A stretch of 63,819 bases of DNA, filler included, from an uncultured archaeon (GTDB lineage: Archaea; Iainarchaeota; Iainarchaeia; Iainarchaeales; 1-14-0-10-31-34): NCBI GenBank assembly GCA_964442255.1. It is 9 parts of 9 records of this genome, joined end to end, with 100 filler letters (N's around TTAATTAATTAA, not from the genome) between each part and the next. Parts side by side here need not be neighbours in the genome. Positions count along the whole stretch, not along the records: positions 27,616 to 34,475 come from CAYTYC010000038.1; positions 34,576 to 41,238 come from CAYTYC010000039.1; 7 more parts are not named here. One strand, written 5' to 3'. A program made the position numbers and the translations under genes. Below are positions 27,657-35,503 of this stretch, piece after piece; positions within the stretch are counted from its first letter, which is position 1; each line of letters starts with the position of its first letter. Below the pieces are notes generated by a model. It saw only the letters and a program-made list of their open reading frames with translations, searched no databases and was not told the DNA's origin.

Positions 27657-28961
27657 GGAAATTTGGTGGTGACAAACCGCTGCGATTTGAGCTGCTGGTA
27701 CTGCTTTTTTTTCGCAAAAGAAGGCGACCCAATTTACGAGCCCTCCCTCGCGCAGATAAGGAAAATGCTGCGAAATTTAAGGAAAGAAAAGCCGATTGCA
27801 AGCAACGCAATCCAGCTGACGGGAGGGGAGCCGACTTTGCGCGAGGATTTAACGGAAATAATACGGGTTGCGAAAGAAGAAGGGTTTGACCACGTGCAAT
27901 TAAATACGGACGGAATAAACCTGGCATTCAAAGAAGGGCTGGTGAAAAAAGTCAGGAAAGCAGGGGTCAACACTTTGTACCTGAGCTTTGACGGAACAAC
28001 CCCAAAAACAAACCCAAAAAACCATTGGGAGGTGCCGTTTGTTTTTGAAAACTGCAGGAAAGCAAATATGGGCGCTGTCCTGGTGCCGACAGTGATAAAA
28101 GGAATCAATGACCACGATTTAGGCAACATACTGAACTTCGGGTTAAACCACCTGGACATTGTCAGGGCGGTCAACTTTCAGCCGGTTTCATTGGTGGGAA
28201 GGATGCCGAGAAAGGAAAGGGAAAAACGCAGGATAACAATTCCCGGAACACTGAAAAAAATAGAGGAACAGACCCGCGGGCTGATTGCAATGGAAGACTT
28301 TTACGTCATCCCCTGCATAACTCCGTTCACGGATTTTGTGGAGGCCTTCACCGGAAAACCGAAATACGATTTGTCCACGCACTTCGCGTGCGGGGCGGCA
28401 ACATACATTTACATGGACGGAAAAACCCCCACGCCAATCACAAGGTTCATTGACTTTGAGGGATTGAGGGAATTCCTTTCAGAAAAAACGCGTGAGCTAA
28501 AGGAAGGAAAGCACAAGGCATGGGTTGGAAGCAAAATGCTGTTCAAAATAGGAAGTTTTTTAGACAAAGAAAAGCAGCCAAAGGGCCTGAATTTGGCGAA
28601 CATTTTATTCAACACAATAGTTAAGCACAACTACAGGGCAATAGGGGAACTGCACCACAAGACGATGTTCGCTGGACTGATGCACTTCCAGGACAAATAC
28701 AATTATGATGTGGAACGCGTGGAAAGATGCGACATACACTATGTGATGCCTGACGGAAGAATAATTCCATTTTGTGCGTTCAACGTAATTCCGGAAATTT
28801 ACAGGGACAAGGTGCAGGCACAGTACAGCATTCCGCAGGAAGAGTGGAGCAAAAAAACAGGGAAAACCCTTTTGGAGGGAAAGTACAGGAGAAAAACAAA
28901 AGAACTTGAGTCCAGCCCAGTTTACGGGAAAATTTATGATACGGTGAATTACTTTGAATGA
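27657..28961 (+). CDS. radical SAM enzyme, tetraether synthase (Tes/GDGT-MAS, MJ0619 family)-like; 5'-truncated
   Basis: TNRCDLSCWYCFF, IYEPS, QLTGGEPT, NFQPVSLVGR, HFACG, MHFQD, RCDIHY, IPFCAFN. Confidence 0.8.
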   Translation, partial: GNLVVTNRCDLSCWYCFFFAKEGDPIYEPSLAQIRKMLRNLRKEKPIASNAIQLTGGEPTLREDLTEIIRVAKEEGFDHVQLNTDGINLAFKEGLVKKVRKAGVNTLYLSFDGTTPKTNPKNHWEVPFVFENCRKANMGAVLVPTVIKGINDHDLGNILNFGLNHLDIVRAVNFQPVSLVGRMPRKEREKRRITIPGTLKKIEEQTRGLIAMEDFYVIPCITPFTDFVEAFTGKPKYDLSTHFACGAATYIYMDGKTPTPITRFIDFEGLREFLSEKTRELKEGKHKAWVGSKMLFKIGSFLDKEKQPKGLNLANILFNTIVKHNYRAIGELHHKTMFAGLMHFQDKYNYDVERVERCDIHYVMPDGRIIPFCAFNVIPEIYRDKVQAQYSIPQEEWSKKTGKTLLEGKYRRKTKELESSPVYGKIYDTVNYFE

Positions 28962-29220
28962 GCCCTTCAGGGAAATACAGAAAAAAGAGTACTCCGTCAG
29001 GGGATTGAAGTCAGAGAACGATGCAGCATTCCTCCAGTACAGGCTGTCGCTTCTTGATTCGGTCATTCGGGCGCATGTCGGCTTTGGGGAAGGAAAAGCC
29101 TTTGTGCTTTTTTCAGGCGAAGAAAAAGAAATCAAAAAAATCCTCGGGGAAAATGCAAAAGAGTTAAAAGGAGTTAAAACACAGTATTCTGATCTGGTGG
29201 AAAAAAGTTTCAGCAAATGA
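28954..29220 (+). CDS. hypothetical protein
   Basis: Operon-like spacing. Confidence 0.5.
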   Translation: MNEPFREIQKKEYSVRGLKSENDAAFLQYRLSLLDSVIRAHVGFGEGKAFVLFSGEEKEIKKILGENAKELKGVKTQYSDLVEKSFSK

Positions 29221-29232
29221 GGTGAAAAAAAA

Positions 29233-29673
29233 GTGGAGGAATCAATCCAGTTTGTGGCGAACTGCAGGGGATGGGTTTCAGTCAGGAAATTAAAGGTGAC
29301 GGAAGCTACTGACCCCCGCACAGTGCTGGAGTTTCTGGCGTCCCTTAACACGGGAATTGACCGCAAGGTGGAGGAGTATTTGGGAAAAATCGTGGATTTG
29401 GCTCCGCTGGATTCCGCATTAACTGATGTTTTGGGCGACTCCGGAAAAACTCCCGGGGAGGCGATAAAAGCGGTGAACAGTTTGCAGGTGAACAAAGCAG
29501 TGAATGAATTGGCTGAAGGGCTGGAGAAGCTGCAGAAAGGGGAAAAAAAAGAGGTCTCCGAGTTTTTGAAGGTTTACGCAATGCGGAAAGCGCTGAAGGA
29601 AAAGAAGATTAGGGTGGATTACTCGGAAATAGCGGTTCCGGGAATGAAAAAAGTGAAGAAAACAAAGGTTTAA
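29233..29673 (+). CDS. archaeal conserved protein (DUF2666-like)
   Basis: IQFVANCRGWVSVRKL...EFLASL; GAGGTGA SD. Confidence 0.6.
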   Translation: MEESIQFVANCRGWVSVRKLKVTEATDPRTVLEFLASLNTGIDRKVEEYLGKIVDLAPLDSALTDVLGDSGKTPGEAIKAVNSLQVNKAVNELAEGLEKLQKGEKKEVSEFLKVYAMRKALKEKKIRVDYSEIAVPGMKKVKKTKV

Positions 29674-29698
29674 ATTTTCCTTAAACTTATTTTTTTGG

Positions 29699-29968
29699 AT
29701 GGCAAAAGAAATATTCAAGGAAAGGGTTGGCCCCGGAAACCTGCGCGTCGGGGTAAAGGCGGGAAAAAAAATTCCCCCAAGACGGGCAATTGAATTCAAC
29801 TTGTACAGCAAATTCCACGGGCACGAGTACGTGATAAGGGGCAAAGAACTGTTTGAATTAAAGGGCGGAAGGCTTTCCATTGTGGAGGACGCGGCAGACG
29901 CGAGAATTGCGTTAACTAACGCTAAATGGAGTCAAAAGTCTTCCCTGGACAAAACCAAAATGAAGTGA
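29699..29968 (+). CDS. hypothetical protein
   Basis: ATG ORF in a co-oriented run. Confidence 0.5.
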   Translation: MAKEIFKERVGPGNLRVGVKAGKKIPPRRAIEFNLYSKFHGHEYVIRGKELFELKGGRLSIVEDAADARIALTNAKWSQKSSLDKTKMK

Positions 29969-29975
29969 AAATTGA

Positions 29976-30836
29976 ATGGCTTCGGAAATTGAACTGGTTC
30001 AATTTTTTCAGGGCTTTTCCAGCCCGGCGCTGGATTATTTGATGATTGCGTTAACCCAATTGGGAAACCCTTTCTTCTGGCTTCTGCTTACGGCCGTGGT
30101 TTACTGGAGCGGAAGGGACAGGGAGGCGTTGGGTTTTGCCAATTTGGTTTTGTTTTCTTCCATGGCTGTTGGAGTTTTAAAGCATTCGTTTGGGAAACTC
30201 CGGCCTCCTCTGGTTTCGGATTCGGTGAGGGCGGTTATTCCAATTGAATTCGGCCCTTTGGCTTTTCCTTCAGGGCATGCAACGCTTGCGGGGGCTTTTT
30301 TCGGGTATTTTTTGAAATACAAGAAACTTTTCTGGAGCCTTGGTTTGGGTGCAGGGGTTTTGGTTGTTGCAGTGAGCAGGGTTTATTTGGGAATGCATTT
30401 TGTTTCCGATGTTTTGGCGGGGGCTGTTTTGGGGTTGGTTATTGGAATGCTGAACATTAAATTGAGTGAACGGATCGCGAAAGCAAAACTGAAGCTGAGC
30501 TTGTGGAAAGAGGAACTGCTGGTTTTCGGGCTGATTGCCGCGAGCATTTTGCTTTTGATTTACTACAGGGAAAGCGCTTTGCCTGCCGCCTTCATCGGGT
30601 TTTACGCGGGTTTTTTCACCTTAAAGGAAGTAGAGTACCCGCATAAGTGCGAGAGAGGAAAAAGCCTTTGGGTTAAGGAAGGGCTTGGCTTGGCGGGAAT
30701 TGGGGCACTGCTTTTGGCTTACTTTTTTTCGGGAAGCTTTTTGCTTGAATTCGCCTTAATGGGCTTGGCCGGATTATGGATTTCCTTCATTTGGCCCCTT
30801 ATTTTTGACCATTCCCTTAAAGGCAACTGCTTTTAA
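29976..30836 (+). CDS. PAP2 family membrane phosphatase
   Basis: KHSFGKLRP, FPSGH, SRVYLGMHFVSD. Confidence 0.9.
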   Translation: MASEIELVQFFQGFSSPALDYLMIALTQLGNPFFWLLLTAVVYWSGRDREALGFANLVLFSSMAVGVLKHSFGKLRPPLVSDSVRAVIPIEFGPLAFPSGHATLAGAFFGYFLKYKKLFWSLGLGAGVLVVAVSRVYLGMHFVSDVLAGAVLGLVIGMLNIKLSERIAKAKLKLSLWKEELLVFGLIAASILLLIYYRESALPAAFIGFYAGFFTLKEVEYPHKCERGKSLWVKEGLGLAGIGALLLAYFFSGSFLLEFALMGLAGLWISFIWPLIFDHSLKGNCF

Positions 30837-30860
30837 ACCTTAAACGCACCAAATATTAAG

Positions 30861-30949
30861 GCTGTCATTTTCCGAGCGAAAGCGAGGAAATAACTACTAC
30901 AAAACGCAGTGAGGTAGTAGGGCACGCATATAAACTGGGCGTGACAGTT
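30861..30949 (+). repeat. REP-like multi-hairpin element upstream of the tRNA-Tyr leader
   Basis: CTGTCA/TGACAG closing stem; GAGCGAAAGCGAG and AACGCAGTGA loops. Confidence 0.55.
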
Positions 30950-31207
30950 TCCCGCCTTAGCATAGCAAACTTTTTCAAAAAAAGTTTGAACAAAAAAAGC
31001 TTTTTAAGAAACCTTGTAAATGCTTTGCGTCGTTAAAAAACCTTTCGGTTTTTTGACGCGTCGGAAACCTGCAGGTTTCCAACGTTACGAGGCCCCGCAA
31101 ACCTTAAAGTTTGCAAGGAAGCTTTAGCAAAAAAGCAAAAACCGGCTAACGCCGAAAACTTTTAGAAAAAGTTTGATCAAAATATGTGCTAAGGCAATGT
31201 ACTGCAA
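30950..31207 (+). other. tRNA-Tyr 5' leader: copy of the tRNA 5' end, hairpin element, antisense copy
   Basis: TCCCGCCTTAGCATAG at 30950-30965 equals 31208-31223; TGTGCTAAGGC at 31185-31195; the core is homologous to the tRNA-Pro intron. Confidence 0.8.
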
Positions 31208-31208
31208 T

Positions 31209-31428
31209 CCCGCCTTAGCATAGTAGCCAATGCGTCCGGCTGTAGTTGTTTCAACCGGTTTTTTTTTGAACCGGTGTGCTTTGCTTCAGGGCAAAGCGGG
31301 CGCATAAACCCGAAAGCGGCGGTGAGCGAGGCGAAAGCCGAGCCAGTGCCATACGCCAGTATGGCACGTTCCACTGCCGGGAACAGCCGGCAACCGGAAG
31401 ATCCCCGGTGCAAATCCGGGAGGCGGGA
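31209..31428 (+). tRNA. tRNA-Tyr(GTA) with a 147-nt intron at 37/38 (31246-31392)
   Basis: Acceptor CCCGCCT/AGGCGGG-A, D stem GCAT/ATGC, anticodon stem TCCGG/CCGGA, loop CTGTAG|A, T arm CCCGG-TGCAAAT-CCGGG. Confidence 0.85.
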
Positions 31429-31480
31429 TTTAGGCTTTTGAACGATAGTTTTATAATAACACTTTGTGTTACGCTATGTT

Positions 31481-31777
31481 ATGGAGTATGTTAGTTTCAA
31501 ATTAGATAAGCCTGTTTTGAAGCAGATAGAGAAGGGGATTAAGGAGTTCCATTACAGCACCAAATCAGACTTTTTAAGAGACGCTGTAAGGACAAAACTG
31601 CAGCAGCTTGAAGAGGACAGGGCCAAAAAGAAGGCCTGGGACGCGCTGTTCGCAGCAAGAGGCGTATTGAAGGGACAGGGAAAGGCAAAAACAGACGAAG
31701 AATTTAGGAAAATTACTGAGAAAGCAGCAGAGGAATACATTGAAAAATTGGAAAAGAAATTTTCTGCTCAAAAGTGA
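31481..31777 (+). CDS. ribbon-helix-helix (CopG-like) putative antitoxin
   Basis: VSFKLDK...YSTKSDFLRDAVR. Confidence 0.8.
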   Translation: MEYVSFKLDKPVLKQIEKGIKEFHYSTKSDFLRDAVRTKLQQLEEDRAKKKAWDALFAARGVLKGQGKAKTDEEFRKITEKAAEEYIEKLEKKFSAQK

Positions 31778-32187
31778 ATGTCTTCAGGCATTGCAATTTT
31801 TACAATATCTGCCAAAGCATCAAAGTGCCTGTCTCTTGTAACCATTACTGCTTTGTTGTCTCTCGCTAACACAGCATGCAGAACATCCTTAAAATGCGTT
31901 TCTTTGACAGAAGAAGAAATTTTTCGTGCCTGAGAAATTTGTTCATCAGAGAGAAAAACCTTAACAAGAATATCCTCAAATGGAGAAAAAAGCCCAGCAA
32001 TTCTTTCATCAGAATAATCAGATTTTAGCTCTTCCACAACCAAATCAGAAAACAAAACCTTACAATTGTTCTTTTGACAATTTTTCAAGAATTGGAAAGC
32101 AAAATCCCCCAAAGGCCTGATACTGTCTCTTCTGTCTTCAAAATAGTCCCGCCAGATTGCAGTATCCAGGTAAAACTTTTGCACCAT
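31768..32187 (-). CDS. PIN-domain (VapC-like) toxin
   Basis: YLDTAIW, VVEEL, DVLHAVLA, VTRDRHF. Confidence 0.87.
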   Translation of the reverse strand: MVQKFYLDTAIWRDYFEDRRDSIRPLGDFAFQFLKNCQKNNCKVLFSDLVVEELKSDYSDERIAGLFSPFEDILVKVFLSDEQISQARKISSSVKETHFKDVLHAVLARDNKAVMVTRDRHFDALADIVKIAMPEDIHF

Positions 32188-32366
32188 AGTAACAACTATT
32201 GCTTAACATTATTTAAAACAAATTAACCAAAACAAGGTAAGCAATGGCTGAAATTGTCGGGAGTTGCACTCACAGATGGAGGTTGGGAGGCGGGAATTTT
32301 TTTTTCAATAAAAAGGAATGCCGGATGGCAGCATATTTATAAATTGTTTACATTAAGATATATTGT

Positions 32367-32903
32367 ATGACAAAGTTGCTTGTTATTAGCGACAGCATTT
32401 CTTTGATTATTGGAACTAAAGCAGGCTTGCTTGATGCAATATGTGAAGAATTCCAAGTTGAAATTCCTGAAAAGGTTTTTGAAGAAACGGTTTTAGCTGG
32501 AAAAGAATTGCAAAAAATTGATGCACTGAAGATTGAGGATGCAATTAAAGAAAATAGGATAGCGGTTAAAAAAACAAAGCCGTTGAAAGAAGGCAAAACA
32601 GCCAATTGGCTCAGCCAACTTAATTTGGATACGGGGAAAATGGAAGCAATAAAGCTCTACATTCAGACAAATGCAAAATTAATGTTAATTGATGACCGGC
32701 AAGCAATAAACGCAGCAAAGTTGCTTGAAATAAACTGGGCAACAATTCCAGACATTATCGTTGAATTTGCGATAAGGAAAAAAATCTCAAGAGAAATTGC
32801 ATTAGAAGCATTAAAAATCGCTCAAAGAGAAGGAAGATACAAAATAGAGTTTGTTCTCAAAGCATTTAATAAAATTGAAAAAATAAAAGGAGGGAAAAAA
32901 TGA
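32367..32903 (+). CDS. PIN-like (DUF3368-type) toxin; lacks the usual GE motif (reads GK)
   Basis: VISDSISLI, IPEKVFEE, LDTGKMEAI, LIDDRQA. Confidence 0.75.
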   Translation: MTKLLVISDSISLIIGTKAGLLDAICEEFQVEIPEKVFEETVLAGKELQKIDALKIEDAIKENRIAVKKTKPLKEGKTANWLSQLNLDTGKMEAIKLYIQTNAKLMLIDDRQAINAAKLLEINWATIPDIIVEFAIRKKISREIALEALKIAQREGRYKIEFVLKAFNKIEKIKGGKK

Positions 32904-33214
32904 AAACAAAACTCGTTTCCGCAAGGTTTGCAAAGAAGGATACTGCATTAATAGAAGAGGTTGCCAGAGAAGAAAAAACAGACAAAACCACGGCGTTAAA
33001 AAGAATATTTGTACTCGGCGCAAAACAATACAAACTAGATAAAGCGATAAAAGATTACCAAGAAGGAAAAATAAGCATAGGGAAAGCAGCAGAAAACGCC
33101 GAAATAAGCTTGTGGGAGATAATGGATGAACTAAAAGAAAGAAACATAGTGAACCCATTAGGCGAAGAAGAATTCAAGGAAGGATTGAAAAACCTTCAAA
33201 AGGTCTGGAAATGA
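32900..33214 (+). CDS. UPF0175 family antitoxin
   Basis: AIKDYQEGKISIGKAAENAEISLWE. Confidence 0.87.
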   Translation: MKTKLVSARFAKKDTALIEEVAREEKTDKTTALKRIFVLGAKQYKLDKAIKDYQEGKISIGKAAENAEISLWEIMDELKERNIVNPLGEEEFKEGLKNLQKVWK

Positions 33215-33503
33215 AAAAAACCACAAACCACTAACCATTCACTACCAACCGCAAATCCAAGCAGCTCCGGGAGGCGGGATGCCCCCGCAAGAAGCGGTTT
33301 CAGGGGCTCCTTGAACTCCGCGGAAAAGGAAAAAACACCACTCACTCCATAAAACAACAGCCCTGAAAAAAAACATGTTTTAGGCACTACAAACCCTGTC
33401 CGGATAGCCTTTAAAATGCCCGGCAAATGTCCGGAAAGGAGGCACGGGCAATTTTTGCAGATGGCGCAAATTCGGTAAACCCCCAAATTCACCCACAAAT
33501 ATT

Positions 33504-33758
33504 TCAACTTTTTCTTTTTGTTAACAGCTTAGGCAAATCATCAGCGGTTAAACCACAATCCCTTAGAATGCCTTTAAGCGTTCCAACTGGCAGCATTTTC
33601 TTGGTGTGGCAGGGAATGGTAGTGTACCTCAGCTCTCCCTTATAAACGCCTTTCAGCTGAATGTGTGAACCCTTTTGCCTTACAGGAATTATGCCGATTT
33701 TAGACAAGACTTTAACTAATTCTTTTGCCTTGATAGCAGGCAATTTCCTTTCCACCAT
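33504..33758 (-). CDS. hicA: HicA family toxin
   Basis: LPAIKAKELVKVL...RQKGSH...IPCH...GTLKGILRD. Confidence 0.9.
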   Translation of the reverse strand: MVERKLPAIKAKELVKVLSKIGIIPVRQKGSHIQLKGVYKGELRYTTIPCHTKKMLPVGTLKGILRDCGLTADDLPKLLTKRKS

Positions 33759-33767
33759 AAAAATAAG

Positions 33768-34028
33768 CTACAAGGCCTCAACTTGGATTTGACTTTTACT
33801 TTCTGCGGAATCAGTGGGAAGATCAACTACCAAAGTTAATATGCCCGAAACTGCCTGTTTAATCTTTTGTTCCCCCTCCACATTCAGCAAATAAGCTTCC
33901 TGAAAGTTTCTTAAAGCTTCTTTAAATGTTTTTCCGTAAGTGTTAATATGGTAGTCGTCATTCCTTATCAGGACATGTTTTCCTTCTTTCCAGACCTTAA
34001 TCTTTACTATCTGCGGGACCATAGACAT
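33768..34028 (-). CDS. HicB-like antitoxin
   Basis: TYGKTFKEALRNFQEA; adjacent to hicA. Confidence 0.75.
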   Translation of the reverse strand: MSMVPQIVKIKVWKEGKHVLIRNDDYHINTYGKTFKEALRNFQEAYLLNVEGEQKIKQAVSGILTLVVDLPTDSAESKSQIQVEAL

Positions 34029-34367
34029 TCACCCAAACACTAGCCTGCTTTTCCCATCTACTGAAAATTTAATGGAATTTCCAACCTGATACTTGTCTTT
34101 TACAGCCTTCCATTCATCTTCCGAAAAATAAATAATCGCCTTAAATTCCTCAGGCTCCACAGGCGGCACTCCCGGCACAATAGGAACCGACAAATTTTTT
34201 GGGCTTTTTGATAATTTAACCGGATGTTTAAAAGTCAAGTCAACACGAACAGCTGAACTGCCGTCCGGGCGAGTCGCCCTAATGACATTCTTAACGGCTA
34301 CAAGGTCAGCCGAACCCACTTTTTCACCTAAGAATTGTATGCCCAAAACAGTTTTAAAATCATGCAT
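34029..34367 (-). CDS. hypothetical protein (OB-fold/arcadin-1-like appearance)
   Basis: Co-oriented with hicBA; IYFSEDEW...YQVG. Confidence 0.5.
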   Translation of the reverse strand: MHDFKTVLGIQFLGEKVGSADLVAVKNVIRATRPDGSSAVRVDLTFKHPVKLSKSPKNLSVPIVPGVPPVEPEEFKAIIYFSEDEWKAVKDKYQVGNSIKFSVDGKSRLVFG

Positions 34368-34420
34368 TATTTACAAAAAGCCCCCAATGCCCCTGAAGAA
34401 GAGAAAAAATATCGCTCACT

Positions 34421-34475
34421 CCTTGAACTACGGTGGGCTGAAGCCCACCGAGTCTTTACTTGAACTGTAGCAAGG
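34421..34475. mobile_element. IS200/IS605-end-like hairpin element, at contig end
   Basis: Identical to 20188-20242. Confidence 0.6.
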
Positions 34476-34714
34476 NNNNNNNNNNNNNNNNNNNNNNNNN
34501 NNNNNNNNNNNNNNNNNNNTTAATTAATTAANNNNNNNNNNNNNNNNNNNNNNNNNNNNNNNNNNNNNNNNNNNNGAACCTGAAGTGCCTCAAATACTCC
34601 CTGAAAGAATTCCTCACAAGCCCTTTAGCCATAAAACCATTGTTCCTCTAATTTCTTTTAAACCAGTTGGTATACTGGAAAAAAATATATAAAGAACCTT
34701 CAATTACTTTGGAT

Positions 34715-35500
34715 ATGGGAAAAAGTTGGTGGGAGGAAAAAAACGGGTTTTTCGGGGAATTCTACGCCGAAGGCGACAATTCAATAGAGGGTTACCGGGC
34801 GTCTCCTCAAACGCTTGGGGAAAGAACCCGGCGGGAAGCGGACGGAGCCGTCTTTTTGCTGAAGCTGGAAAAAGGGGATAAAATTCTCGATGTCCCATGC
34901 GGTTACGGCCGCCACTCAATAGCCCTCGCGAAAAAAGGCTTTCAGGTGACAGGCTCTGACATTAACCAAGTGCACCTGAAAAAAGCCAAACAAGCCGCAA
35001 AAGAGAAAGGCGTTAAAGTTGAATGGAAAAAGGAAAACATGCTGAAACTCAAATACAATGAAGAGTTTGACGCCTGCATAAATATGTTTTACTCATTCGG
35101 ATTTTTTGAACAAGAATCCGAAAACTTCAAGGCACTAAAAAAGATGTTTAACTCCCTGAAAAGAGGGGGAAAATTGCTGTTTCACACAGACGTGAATATG
35201 CAGCGGGTTTTAAAGGGAAAACACCTGTTTGAGGAAATCCGGCACCTGCAATCAGGGAACACGCTGGTAATAGTTGAAAGATTCAACCCGAAAACCAAAA
35301 GAATGGACGGCAGCTGGACAATCCTGAAAAAAGACGGTTCAAAAATTAAAAACAATTACTCAATGAGGGTTTACTCAAAAGAAGAATTCATCGGGTTGTG
35401 CAAAAAAGCAGGGTTCAAAAATGCGGCAGCCTGCGGCGAATGGAACGGCAAACCTTATACTGAAAAATCAGAGGACATGATAATAGTCGCGGAAAAATAG
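34715..35500 (+). CDS. class I SAM-dependent methyltransferase
   Basis: ILDVPCGYGRH, LKRGGKLL. Confidence 0.9.
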   Translation: MGKSWWEEKNGFFGEFYAEGDNSIEGYRASPQTLGERTRREADGAVFLLKLEKGDKILDVPCGYGRHSIALAKKGFQVTGSDINQVHLKKAKQAAKEKGVKVEWKKENMLKLKYNEEFDACINMFYSFGFFEQESENFKALKKMFNSLKRGGKLLFHTDVNMQRVLKGKHLFEEIRHLQSGNTLVIVERFNPKTKRMDGSWTILKKDGSKIKNNYSMRVYSKEEFIGLCKKAGFKNAAACGEWNGKPYTEKSEDMIIVAEK

Positions 35501-35503
35501 GCC

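Noticed and set aside
27622..27927. ORF ending QIGRASCRERV
   Set aside because: Translation of the Illumina adapter, antisense to the radical SAM gene.
28605..29495. 296-aa minus-strand ORF and similar long antisense ORFs (e.g. 12116-12634, 43499-44023, 53568-54170)
   Set aside because: Shadows of well-supported genes on the opposite strand, with S/F-rich composition.
33421..33450. Possible third tRNA-Tyr 3'-end copy (GCAAATGTCCGGAAAGGAGGCACGGG)
   Set aside because: Needs several gaps to align and cannot be distinguished from chance.
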